64,000 bases of DNA, taken from assembly GCA_043228905.1 (NCBI GenBank), contig JBHGNT010000010.1:806001-870000 (forward strand). Direction: 5' to 3'. The DNA comes from Azolla caroliniana. Its lineage: Eukaryota > Plantae > Polypodiophyta. A model generated the notes under the pieces. That model did no database searches. It was not told the origin of the DNA and saw nothing but the letters and a program-made list of their open reading frames with translations. Both the position numbers and the translations under genes were made by a program. The first letter of the stretch is position 1; each line of letters begins with the position of its first letter. Below are positions 24,107 through 37,286 of this stretch, one piece after another.

Positions 24107-27100
24107 ATAGATGGATTTCTTATGTATGTTCCAATGCCTCATCTCACCAAAGAAAACACATTGAATGTGAAGAAAGCTTAATGCAATTTGTTATATGCTT
24201 CTAGCAATTGCTCCAAAAGTTGCAACTCCCTCATGACAATGACTTAAAAGACATCTTCATCTTAGTTCTTTCACGAATTGCTACATCAAACATCAACACC
24301 GTCAACTTCTTAGACTTTGCCTTCAATGAAATAGTTACCACATTTTGGGAATTGAATTGGATCTAGATGAGTCATGCCTTTAACTATATTAGGTTACATA
24401 ATCCCACCTAATGATAGAAAATATGTGCTTTCACAATCATGTATGATACAACACACACACACATGTATGTATGTATATATGTATCATGTATGTATATGTT
24501 AACTCTCAACTTGATCATCCAAATCCCATTTTCCCACTTTCTAGCGACACATAACCTCTAACACCACCACCACGTGTATTGTCTCTCTCATCGAATGGAT
24601 CTATCCGACCATTCAGCAACTCAATGTACAATTCATATCTAGTGTGCCCTTCGCCACTTGTTAAAACATATCATTGAGCACGGGGAATACAAATTTTGGT
24701 GAAGGCAAAAACTAACACCAATTGCATGATGTGTGGCCAAAGATTACCTTGTGTGCTCCACTAAATTATCCACTCTCATGCCCTAAACCCAACGGCTCTT
24801 CCAATGCCATACCCTTAGAAAGAACTGCTAACACAAATAATTAAGTTACTTGAGAGCTACCTAAGTTAATAATGGCCAAATACTTTACTACAATCGACCT
24901 CACAAAAGAGGATGACAACGATACTCTAAGTGATGTTCTACCCCCAATGTCACCACTTTGACTATTAACTTAGGACCTCTATGTGCACACACCACATGAC
25001 CAAGGGGATGACCATGAGAAGAAAAATCAACAAAAATTTAACGTAGTACTACAAATTACATACTTAAACACGAATTAAACAATAAGCATTAAAGTAAAAA
25101 TACTCAAAGAGAGGAGTTATACAACAATTAATCACACTTTTTCTCCTTTTATTTACCCATATATCTCTTATAAATTGCATAATTTGAGCAACTTACATAT
25201 GTGATATGATGACCACAATCCAACCATTCAACTTTAATGAGTTATTTGTTAGGTTGTCTTACCAAGAGCCATTATCATATGAAACTTGTCCTACAACCTA
25301 TTTTACAAGAACTTGTATAGAAAGAATAGGTTAAGCCCCTTTATATATCTATGTAGAGGGGATGTCACATAAAGGAAACTAGGAGCAAGGTTCTTATACG
25401 GGCACATGTTGACATTTAAATAGTTATTCTTATTAACTTACTTGTATACATCCTTATTTTGTATTGTATAATTACAAAGTTTGAGTGCATATAGAGATAA
25501 TATAATTATGTTTGATTCTCAACACTGATCAAGTATATTTACTTTTCTTATTGGACATTATGACCTTCCAACTATTCCACGCCTACTGATGACCAACGAC
25601 ATTAACTAATAAGCTTTGCAAGATCTTCTATCATGTTCATTTTGGACAATGAACTTTGGTGGTAATTGATATGGGAATTTCCACAAAGTTTTCTAATCTA
25701 TGAAAATGGTGAAATAGCCCAAACATGGAAAGCTAACATGGTGATGTGGAGTACAATGTTGTGCTTCTTAGTTCACTAAGTTAAGAGAGTCAACAAAAAA
25801 TCACTTTTGAATAAATGGAACTATTAGATTATTTAGAAATTTGTGAAATTAGTTTTTAGAACTCATGAAATTATTGAAATTTTTTGTAGGATTTAGGATT
25901 TTCTTTGGATGGAGGTTAAGATTTGAGACAAGGCCTCTCAAACTATTTCTCTTGATCAATGGATTAGGTGGACAAAATTTAACCATACACGAACTACAAC
26001 AACACTACCCCTTGCTACAGTTTCCACAAATGATCAAAAGACCACGCTCTCCTTGAAGAACTCTTCCCTTGTGGTATAATGACCCTAGGCTCCAACTTTC
26101 TGAATATGCAGAAGCCGTCTTGAGCCTTGCATTACTTGGTGCCCTCCTAGTGGATTTGCACGTATATTCGAAGGTCCCGCACTTTTGGACTAATCATACT
26201 CTCAAGAATATAATCGAGTATTTAATATAGATCTCAAATATGCCATGGTACGAATAATCTATACAAATGCACATTGCCATTTGGAGTTTTAGGCAATTGA
26301 CACTCTTTGGCAACTTTGTATATATGAGAACAATGATATGTTTAGTTATGCATCAAAAATATTGTCGAATGTCTAACCTTGGCTAAAAGCATGAATATAC
26401 TTTGCTTTGACCATAACTCTTATGACATTGAGACAAAACCAAGCTCGAAAGCACAAACCTACCTTGATTTCAAAAGCGAAGTCATTAATTATCATTACAT
26501 ATACATTCATTCAAACTATTGGAAGGATAGGGTTTGTGGGTATGCAGATTCTTGCAAAGATACATGTAAAGCTCATGCATTAGACCATGTGTGGGTTTAC
26601 TATGTAATGTTTTGTGAATAGAGTTGACAAATAGTTAGCATGCACAATGAGCTTCGAGAAATGTAATGACATGAACTAACTTGAAGGGTAGAGACTAGAG
26701 GATAACAATTAACCATCAAGGAGGGAAAATATTAATAAGCATTCTTGACAATGAGATGGAAGTCCGACTCATTGTCCAATTGATCATGCAAGAATAGGAT
26801 GGACAAGAGACACGAGTTATAATCATGAAGGCCACATGTTTACAAATTTGAAACATAGCATAATAAATCTACTTACTCAATAAGAAGGTATATATGATGA
26901 AGCTATTCTTCGGAGACATCATTCACGTGAAAAAGAAATTGGTTGGTTGCAAAAGAACATAAGCATAAGAGTCTTGACTTCAAAAACATCACTTTCCCAA
27001 ACCTTTCAAAAAGCAAGCTTCAAACCTATGGCCTCCATAAGAGGAAAGGACAAAACATTGGTTTAACCACTTCTCAAATAGTTGGCAGTACAAAAACTAG

Positions 27101-27812
27101 AGTCCAATTCTATGCTCCACCACGTGTGCAAGAAACTCGTATTGGCACACAAATTTCTCAAAGGAAGATTACAAACTAAAGTGAAGGTCCAACTTTCCCA
27201 ACGTCATTGTGAGGTTATCAAATGTTTGGAATTCCACAGGCAACCAGTGAAACAAAAGTCCTCGTCAGTCGATATATACAAGTTTATCAAAACCCGATGT
27301 ATTCTAGTGGGGAAAGCTAGGAATTGGAAAGGATTATATGGCTTGCACATGCATAGCGATCGAAACCACGCGAGCCAATTACATATATAGCCCTATCATC
27401 GAGGGCTTGAATAAAACCTCGGTCTAGTAGTAACAGGAGGTGGACGAAGCCAGAACGAGGGCGATGGCGGGATGTGAGACCTACAAAGGTGTTCTTTTTC
27501 CGTAGGATGGTGGCAAACACGCGTAATCCGCCGGCGAGGCGAGCGAGGCCCGACAGGGCTGATTGCCGGAAAATCACATTTCCCCTCTAGGATCTCTCTC
27601 TCTCTGCTCATTGATTCCTGCATTCACATCACAAACAAGTGTTTTAAGAAATTGCAAGTATTATTTATGTATTCCTTCATAAGCCAGAATAGCAACTAGA
27701 ACAGACACAGGAGACCTCTCCAGGGGTCCGGTGGGGTTGGGTCGGGGCAGGGCAGGACCGGACCGAACCGAACCGAACCTCTGAGCTAGGTCCATACACA
27801 ACAGAAGTAGAG

Positions 27813-30800
27813 ATGGGTGAGAAGGATGTTGTTGACATGAGCCTGAAGGTGAAATGCAGATGGCGATGGAACGACAGAGCAATCAACATTTCGTCTTCCT
27901 CTTCTTCTTTCATATTCTTTCTGCTGTTCTGTGCAATGCTTGGATCGATCGGTTTGGCGTTGTCTTGGTTCACCGTATCCCCCTTTGCTAAATCTCACCC
28001 ACCTCGATGTTGCTTCGATGATAACGAAGGGTCGTGGTCAATCGGATTGTTCTTTGGCAGTGATCCTTTCTCTCTTAAGCCCATTGAACTGGTACATTGT
28101 GTATGCCATAGTCATGTGAATCTTAGCCCTTGTTACTCAAATAATATATGTTGATGCTGTTTTGTAAACTTGTAGATGTGTTGGTCTTTGTGATCTATAA
28201 CAACCTAATGTATATGTTGAACTATCGTATGCCATAACATTTGAATTTTACTTTTTTGTGGGTGAAAACCACGCAGTCTGTATATACCTTTGATATTAGA
28301 CATTCAAACCTCAGTTTTTCTGATTGAAAACAACCTAAAATATACTATATTGTATGTCCATATGCGTAAATCTTAGTCTTTTTGGTTGAAAGCAAAAAAA
28401 AAAAAAACTGATACTATATCAATTGTCCATGTCCGCTTTTGATGTAGATCCTTTGTTTCACTGCAATTAAAACAATTTAGGTCTGTTTTGTTGGCGTTGG
28501 CGTAGGCAAGTATTTATATATGAAGCTTTTTGATGTAGTTGATTTTTCTAAATCTAATCGCACCTAGGCCAGGTATTATTTTATTCACTGCTGGAGGGAA
28601 CCACCCCACCCTTTTTGAATGGATGCCGTTGAGGATTGAAACAAGAAACCAGGGGTTTAAGGTTTTATAACCACATTTTATTCACTTTGCCTCAAGATGT
28701 ACACAGCATGGACATAATTTGCATCCTTCGATTCCTGCAGTCTTTTGTGATATTTGCCACTAATGTTTTCCTTCATCCTTTCTTAAGGACACAGAGAGAT
28801 GGTGTTGTATCAGTATGTATGATTTTTGCTTGCAATGCTGATTTTCTGTTTTCCATAAAAGTGTTAACACTTTCTTGCTGTCCTTACTCTTAACATATTC
28901 AAAATTTCAGGGAAATTTTCGTAACAATGAAACATCTGCCTGGCCTGTAGCAAATCCAATACTGACTTGTGCATCAGCATCACGACCCAGTCATCCGAGC
29001 AACTTTGTTTCGGATCCATTTCTCTATGTGCTGGTAAACCATGTTGAATCTAATGAGATTATATTTTTAAATGCACGTGTGCCATGCTTGGTTAGTTGTG
29101 AGGATGTATATATAACTCCAATGTCTCTTTTTTGTAGGCATGTCATGATGCTGGAGATTTTGTTATGCATATTTTTCTAATGACATTATATGTATGTTCT
29201 AACAGCATGCTTATCCAGTGCCTTCTGATTGATTGCAGGATCAGAAACTTTATGTTTTCTTTGAAACTAAAAACGCCATTACAATGCAAGGAGATATTGG
29301 AGTGGCAGAGAGCACAGATGGAGGCATTTCCTGGAGGCATCTTGGGATTGCCTTGGATGAAGAATGGCATCTTTCCTATCCATTTGTCTTTTCTTACAAT
29401 GGGGAGGTAAGTCTTTGATCATTTGTTAGCAGAGGAGTGCAATATTTACTATTTTTTATAGTGTTCTTTTGTATGTCAAATTGTTATCTTTTTATTCATA
29501 ATGATTCTATCATGTATGGCAGCCAAATGTTTGAAGTTTAGAACAACTCTATAATGCTAGAGAAGCTGGTTGGAGAAATTTGGGAACTGATTAGTTTGAT
29601 GTCATTAAATGTTTCAAATTAGTACGTAGTGATGAACTTCGATCCAATAAACCCTGAACTACAAGGTTGATGTGCAAATACTTAATCTATAGCTTCCATA
29701 TGGACATCTTCGAGGGTGTATAACTATAGGCCGGTCAGAGGAGTGGACTGTTTGCCAATCTTGAAATAACCTCATCAGACAGAGTGTATGGATTTATGGC
29801 TTCATGAGAACCGTTTTAAATATGACAGTCTGGTGGCCTAGTTAAAGACGGCTGTGGTTGTTATGTTTTACCTCGGAACTTGAGTTTTGAGCTTTGGATC
29901 TGTATATAAGACATGTTTTCATCATTATTTGAAGCAAAATAAGCTATGCTTAATTTGTTTATTAAAGTATTAGCAGGTCTTGAAGCAAAGAGCAGTTTCC
30001 ATCAATAATGTTTTAAATAGAGTTATGACGTCCGCTTCATTTTCCGCTTCTTTGCTAGGTCACATATGAAGTCAATAGTTTCTTTTCAAATAATAAGTCA
30101 TCTTGATGTCTCATCTCCCTTTGACCCTCCCTCTTTTCACTGTAATACATAGATCTTGTTTAATGGAAAGTGAAGATTGAATAAGTAGTAGCCATAATCT
30201 ATCCTAGCCTGATTCAGATGAGTTTGTCTTAAGAAACCTGTTGTGTCAGGCTATTTGACGCTATCCTTTAATTGTTTTGAAGAATGCATGCACCAAAGAT
30301 TTTTGCAGAAACGCTTGATTTCTCAAAGTTAAAGGAGAATTTTAGTGTGGGTTTTCAGTCTTGATAATCTCAATCTAATAGGTTTAATGCCAAACAAATA
30401 GCCCTTTTATGGTAATGTGTATATTGAATAGTTATTATATTCTTATCATTCTTGTCTTGTTAAAACAGATCTACATGATGCCAGAAGGAAGCAAAAAAGG
30501 AGATTTGCGGTTATATCGAGCATTGAGGTTCCCCTTACAATGGACGCTGGAAAAAGTGATCATAAACAAGCCCCTTGTTGACGCTTCATTGGTGGAATAT
30601 GATGGGCAGTTCTGGCTTTTTGCATCTAATTTTCAGTATTTTGGTGCACATAAAAATGGTGAACTTGATATCTATTTCTCAGAGAGTCCCCTTGGGCCTT
30701 GGCAAGCACACAAGAGAAACCCCGTGTATAATGATGGCACTAAACGTGGTGCTCGTAATGGAGGGCGACCTTTCTTTTATAATGGTAAACTTTATCGTGT

Positions 30801-32136
30801 TGGCCAAGATTGCAGTGAGACATATGGGAAGAAAATCCGGATTTTCCATGTTGAACATCTTTCTGTGGACAAGTTTCAGGAATCTGAAGTAGCCTTTTCC
30901 ACATTAGAATGGAAAAAAGGTAAAAATTCATGGAACGGTGTTCGCTTTCATCACCTAGATGTACAGAAACTACAGTCAGGTGAATGGATAGCGATGATGG
31001 ATGGGGACAGGGTCCCTTCAGGTGACCTTTTCAGAAGGTATCTTACTGGTTCTGTAGCATTCATTGTGCTGCTCATAATTGTTCTTTTCTTGGGGAAGTC
31101 TCTTGGTATAGCTCCATTGAACAGATGCTATAATCAAAGTAAAAGGATCGTTATGACATTAGTATGGCCACGCCATTATGTTATTTCAAGATTGCATAAG
31201 ACCTTCTCGAGGTTTCTTCGCACCAATAGTGCAGTATCAAGCAATGTACGCCTCAGCTCATGTGCAGCTTCATTGAGGCTCTTCATGTGCCTTGCAATCT
31301 GCATCTTGTGCATATCTTTAGAGATAAAATGCTTTTGGGGGGGTAATGGAGCTGAAGAACCATACCCAGTCAATGGCCAATATTCACAGTTCACTCTTTT
31401 GGCAATGACATATGATGCCCGCCTATGGAATTTGAAAATGTATGTTAAGCATTATTCCCGGTGTGCTTCTGTCCGGGAGATTGTAGTGGTGTGGAATAAA
31501 GGTGTTCCTCCAAATCCGTTAACTGACTTTGATTCTGCTGTGCCTGTTCGAATTAGAGTCGAGGAGCAAAACAGCCTTAATAATCGTTTTAAGCCAGATC
31601 CCAATATCAAGACTAGGGCAGTTCTTGAACTGGATGATGATATCATGATGACTTGTGATGATGTGGAGAGGGGGTTTAAAGCTTGGCGGGAACATCCTGA
31701 CTGGATAGTGGGTTTCTATCCTCGGCTCATTGATGGGAGCCCTTTGAAATACAGGAATGAGAAATATGCAAGAACTAGAAAAGAGTATAACATGATCCTT
31801 ACTGGTGCTGCTTTTATGGATAGCGAGACTGCATTTTCAAAATACTGGAGTTCACAAGCTGAGCAAGGGAGAGCTCTTGTGGACGAGTTCTTCAACTGTG
31901 AAGATATACTAATAAATTTTATCCTGGCCAATAGCACAAAATCAAGGTCAGTTGAATATATTCACCCCGCATGGGTCATAGACACCTCCAAGTTCTCAAG
32001 CTCAGCTATAAGCAGAGACACAAGTATGCATTATCAAAAGAGGTCAAACTGCCTGCTACAGTTTTCTCAGCTTTTTGGTGGATTACCATTGAAAAGATGG
32101 GAGTTTGGTATGAGGCATGATGGCTGGGACTCTTGA
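27813..32136 (+). CDS. GINT1: GT64-family glycosyltransferase, GINT1-like (glucosamine inositolphosphorylceramide transferase), about 745 aa, 4 exons
   Basis: Exons 27813-28091, 28911-29033, 29239-29406 and 30469-32136, all phase 0 and GT-AG. Motifs DNEGSWSIG, WPVANPILTC, SNFVSDPF, FFETKN..QGDIG, HLSYPFVF, then the GT64 domain SQFTLLAMTYDARLWNL, LELDDDIMM (DxD) and FNCEDIL. Confidence 0.93.
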
Positions 32137-33765
32137 TACATGGTCACGTAAATGTGTCAAAAGGTATAGTAGAAGGAAATATATTTAATATGATGCAATG
32201 TCAAAGACTGCTTGTATGCATCAGAGATATGATTTAAAAATGATCCTGAAAGCCATGAGCCAACTAACCACTCAAGTCTTCATCAGCAAGTTACAATGAC
32301 TTGTGTGAAAGCCGATTACTGCAACGGTTCTTGTTACACAGCATGTGCATCAGTATACCAGAGGAATTATTGAGGTGATTTTAGCCATTTCAAAATTTAA
32401 CTTTCATGTTATACGATTGATAGCAAAGTGAACAGTTTCAATTGTATAACTAAGTGAATAGTTTTAATATTAGATTATAGTCAGTTCCCCCATATTATGC
32501 CTCAAAAAATGTTATCCATGACATTTTACCATGTTTAAGAGATCATTGCAAAGCTAAAGCGTAGTGTGCATTGATACTATCGGGCTTAAATAAAGGTTTA
32601 GGATACTGAAATCTACGGGTAGACAGAAAAAGTAGCGGTTTATGTTGACTTCTTGTGGAGAGTGGGAGATAGATCTTTTTAACATTCATGGGAGACAGAT
32701 TGTGATCTATGGGATGAGCTTACCAAATTGCAAGTATCAGACTTGGGTTCTCTCAATTTTATGACGTTAGTGCGACACTGTAAACGACCAAGCCAACAGT
32801 CAGAGAGACAGAGAGAGACCATTAGATTTAACATCCACAGGGAGCCAATTGCAATATGGCCCATGGCAAGGATCAAACTTAGTTGGGGAGGGAAAATGAA
32901 AGAAACATGTCTACTAGAGGCCAAATTTAGCCTCAAGACAAATCGTGATTACTGATATGGGTGAATTCATGTGTCTCTAGGTTTCTTAAACCTTCATGAC
33001 CATGATCTTAGTGCATGATGTTTATGGTTATAAAGTGTAGAACTAATGTGTATGGGTTGCATAATGGTATTGGACATCATATCTGAGGTTGGTTGATGTG
33101 GTGAAATGAGGCTATAATGAAGTTCAACGATTGCATTTGGGTGTCATTGTGGATTGAGCATGGCAAGCAATGATCCCCATTATTTGGTTATGGTATGAAC
33201 CACATGCCTTATATCTTGGTATTCGTGGTCTTTGTTTTCATTCACATTCCGCTGTTCTCTATGGTGATTCAGCAGCTAGTGGAGTGTGGAGCTATGGAAG
33301 AAATCAGTCTTGTGATTATTGGTCCAACCTTTATGTTAGTGTAAATTTTGATTCCCTCTGCTTTTGAAGCTCAAGCGTCAAACTTCACCATCATTTGTCG
33401 AATTGTAAGAGACCATGTAGAGGGCGGTATACTTCTCTCTCATATGTTTGTAATCTAGGCACCTACACAAGAAATGTTCCTCACATTCAATATCTTCTTC
33501 ACATAGCTTGTGAAGTCTTTTGGGTATGTGAAGTTCTCATCTTACTTCGATCTAGCTAGTGGAGGAAATTTTGAGTTGGTATATGCCTTGTGAGCAGTAT
33601 ATGGCATGTACAGGTCTTTGTATAAATCCATCTTCTGTGAAGTTCATGAAACTATCTTTGTTGTAGGCCATCTTTAGGGGAAGAGGCTGATTTGGTGTCA
33701 TCGACATCTTTTGGGTATAGACTTGTCATAGATCTTGCCACGAATACCTTGTTTTGTTCATCGTG

Positions 33766-34200
33766 TGTACAGTATTGAAAGGGTGTCAAGGCCATTGTAG
33801 TTCAATCCCTTCATCGCTTGTGAGTACCATGATCCTTCTGTGAGTTCTATTTGCACCATTTGCTTCAATGCTTCAAATGCCTTTTGTGTAATTCTTTGAG
33901 GTGACATGATTTGAATATGAGTATGAGGTTCATTATTTGGAATAACGTTTCTACCATCGTTGAGGTATATTACCTTATTTTGTTCATCATTTTGGAGAGT
34001 GTACAATATCAAAAGGGTGTCAAGGCCATTGCAGTTGAATCACTTCATCATATATGAGTACCATGATCTTTCTCTGTGTTCTATTGTCACCATTTGCTTC
34101 AATGCTTCAAACACCTTTTGTGTAATTCTTTAAGGCATGGTTTGAATATGATTAATGAGGTTCATTAGGAAAAATGTTTCTGTCATCATGGAGGTATGTT
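33766..34200. repeat. Tandem duplication of about 234 bp inside the decayed LINE
   Basis: Units start near 33766 and 34000 and share aaagggtgtcaaggccattg and caccatttgcttcaatgcttcaaa. Confidence 0.85.
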
Positions 34201-34367
34201 ATTCGGGGTGGATGCTTTCTTATAAATCATCCATGACAACATCTTGACTAGTGGACTAGCTATTTGTATCCACATGTCCATGGGTAGTCCTGCAACCAAT
34301 ATGGCTACTCTGTACATGAAGTGTGACCATGGTTTCAAATCCCCATACTTTGGTTTGGTGCTCCTAG

Positions 34368-34690
34368 AAGTGCCAATCCTCAAGAGTGGAGACCCCATGA
34401 TACCGAGAATCTATAAGACAATCATGATTGGCCATTACTTGGCTAAACTAATGGCTCGATCCTAGATTCAGAATTGAGTATATGGGCAAAGTGAAATGGT
34501 TGTCATTCAGTGGCATGGACCACAATGTTACCACCTTGTCATCAATAGATGAAGGCCATTATCTTGCCATCACAAATGCTTTCCCTTGCTTCAGAAACCT
34601 CTCCATTCTGGATCGGCCTATGCTAGGATCTTTCAAAGACAAATTATAATATATCTAACTTGAGAATCTTACATGTAACGATAACAAGAT
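34368..34690 (+). mobile_element. Short internally deleted LINE copy (same subfamily as the SPL-intron LINE) nested in opposite orientation
   Basis: 34370-34512 matches the reverse complement of about 51780-51927 ([16 protein letters not shown]). 34514-34680 matches the reverse complement of about 49805-49973. Confidence 0.8.
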
Positions 34691-37167
34691 CCTTTAGTCT
34701 CATTTTACCTTATTACTTTTTGTACTTAGTAACATTTATTTATTTTGATTTGTTCTCAAAGACGAGACAACACTTACGATGTAATGTCTAGTTTGGTCTG
34801 AGAGTTTGGAGGTGAGGGCATTGAGGGGTGCTGTTGGGTCATGGTAGAGTCCTTGTTTAATATGTCGGCTAAAGTTTCTCCTAGCCCATGAATAAAGTGG
34901 ATGACTGTGAATAGTGGTGTGTTGCAAGGAAAACTTTTGTTAGTAGAGGTATGAAGTATAGTAGAGAGTTAGGAACTTAGGGTGTTGGGGGGTTGTGGTT
35001 GGTTCTAGATGGTAGAATCCTTGTTTGACAATTTGACAATTAGTATATAAGTAAATTAAATGATTGTGTGAGGGGACAAGCTTGATGATTATAGAGGTTG
35101 TAGTGAGCTAGGGTTATGGAAAGATGAGTGCGGTGGTTTTGGTGGCGTCTCTTTTTCCAAAGATATAATTAATTGTGATCCCATCGCCTCCTTGTGGGAA
35201 ACATGTAAATGCACTAGAATATAACCATGATGAGTTCATCCCATTGTTGATAAATAGTTGGTGTTGAGCCAAAGCTCTAATATGTGTTTTGTTGTCTTGT
35301 CCTCAGTTGCCTAAACTCCAACATGTTCTGGAATCCTCTGAACATATTGAGTGCAACATTGTTGGGTCTTCCAATTCATCCTATTGTTGAAGTCTTGTGA
35401 ATAATATTTCGCCTAAAGTAGAGCAATACACAATGCTCTCAAATAGGAGACAATAATGTTATTTGTTTCTCTGTTCTTTAATTATCGATGTTTGCTTAGG
35501 CATATTTTGATCCCTTACGAGGCAAGTAACATAATGCAATGAATAAGACTTGTATCTCTGGGAGATCAATTCAGATTCACATATATATAGCCTCCACATC
35601 CCGTTCCACTACCTGTATGTATGTATGTAAGGCGCATGGGAAGAGAAGTGTGATCCTGCCTAACCCTGATGATGTACTTTGTCTGGTGGTTTGCCTGTAT
35701 CTGAACTTTCATTATAACTCCTTCACTTAATGTAGACCTTTTTCTAGGCTTTGGCCTGTCCCAATAATGAGAAGCATCTTGTCTTATTGTGACCCCTTCC
35801 ATTCTTACCCAATGAATTCAAAGTGTTTCATTTTCATTCCAAAATGTAATTGTAGCTCTAATTATGATGTCTTGTAGACCACAAACTCTTCTTTGATGGC
35901 CTTGTTCCTAACAACATGAGTATCTAGAGAAACAACCTTCCTGCCTTCCTTGGCTGCTTGTATAATCCATGCCATACGTGTTTTTTATGCTTGATTTGCA
36001 TCTTTGTCAAGTCGTCATCAAGGAAGATGAGGGTGCATCCAATCCTCAATAGTATGACTCGCCTTTGAGGTAGGCAATTCCTCCTTACTTCATTGAGAAA
36101 TTGTAGTATGAGTGCTCAATCTTTAATGGTGATTTCTCTTACTCAAGCTTGGTACACAATGTCCTTTCTTCTTGGTTAAGGATGGCGGTTGGTTACTTTG
36201 GGATGCCCATCAATCATGCATTAACTCATCTCGCATGCCTTATCTGTCCTTCTTCAATTGTAGTCTACACCAGTTTAATTCTTTCTTGTTGTACTTGCTT
36301 TTTATCTACTTTCACGCATCCAAAAAAAATTGCGTCAATATCCATTTTACTTTGTCAAACCTATTGTAATGTGTTTTAGGCTTTTTATTTGAGCTTCTTC
36401 AGCTTTTGTGACGTACATCATTACTTCTTGCTGGACAAGTTCTACTCACTTTGTTTTTAAGTTGACTTCAATGTTCTCGAGTTCAGGGTTAACTTCATCT
36501 CTTTTTTCTCAATAATCTTCACTGTCATTGCATAATTCAGTTCAAAGGTGTTTGTTGCCTTCCTCAGGATAAAGATTCAACATTGTTAGGAATTGCTCCT
36601 TGCATTTTACCTCTGCTTGTTTGAGTTTATCAAATTGCAAAGTGTTTTCCAAAGTCTAATTAATTGTACATCCATCATCGTGATGCTTATCGTGGATTCA
36701 ATGTTGTTGTCGGTTGTCAAGTGAGTGATTGCTGGAATGGAGGAAAATATGGTTACTTGTGCATTAAGAAAAGAAGCGAAAAGAAACCCAAAAGTGCAAC
36801 AAAACCTAAAAATGTAACAAACCTTAAAACCCCTAAACTCAAGAAAGAAAGAAAGATACAGAAATGTATACTAGAAGCCAAATTCCACATATTGATCTAA
36901 TTGTGATTGCAAATATGGGTGAATTCATGTCATCCATGCCAAAAACATATGAGAGACAAAGAGATGGTTATATATTAATTTCCTCTAGCGAAAGGACCCA
37001 TGGAACCAAAAATCATTACAAAAGCACTCTTTGCAATTGTATGTTGGGAGATTTTTAAATTGTAAAACAAGAAGTAAAAAACAAAGGTTGTCATATTTAC
37101 TTTTTAGCTATGTCGTCAAGTAGACTTTGTAAAGTTAAAAGAGATTCTATCAAATGCCATATTTACT

Positions 37168-37286
37168 TTCGATGAATGGGTAAATATCCCATTTTTGTTG
37201 TACACCATTTGTCTCATGGGCCAATTTTGGCCTTAGAAGACGTTAATATATCTTTCTTTCTTTCTTTCTCTCTCTCTCTCTCTCTT
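37168..37286 (+). mobile_element. Extremely 5'-truncated LINE 3' end with (TCTT)n(TC)n tail
   Basis: gtctcatgggccaa-tttggccttagaagacgttaata-atctttctttc is nearly identical to 61141-61208. Confidence 0.88.

Larger units (their letters stand above)
33370..36700 (-). mobile_element. Heavily decayed two-ORF LINE (RTEX-like) with ORF1 remnant, endonuclease and C-terminus; most of RT lost
   Basis: Minus-strand remnants: ORF1 tail IFLDDDLTKMQ..IQAAKEGRKVV (about 35900-36030); APE pieces ITFWNENETL, ALCYLPRKGSKY and FPQGGDGITINYIFG; C-terminal pieces RITQKAFEAL..GSWY and LCEEDIECEEHFLCRC. All are colinear with the element at 57190-61208. Boundaries are approximate. Confidence 0.75.
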
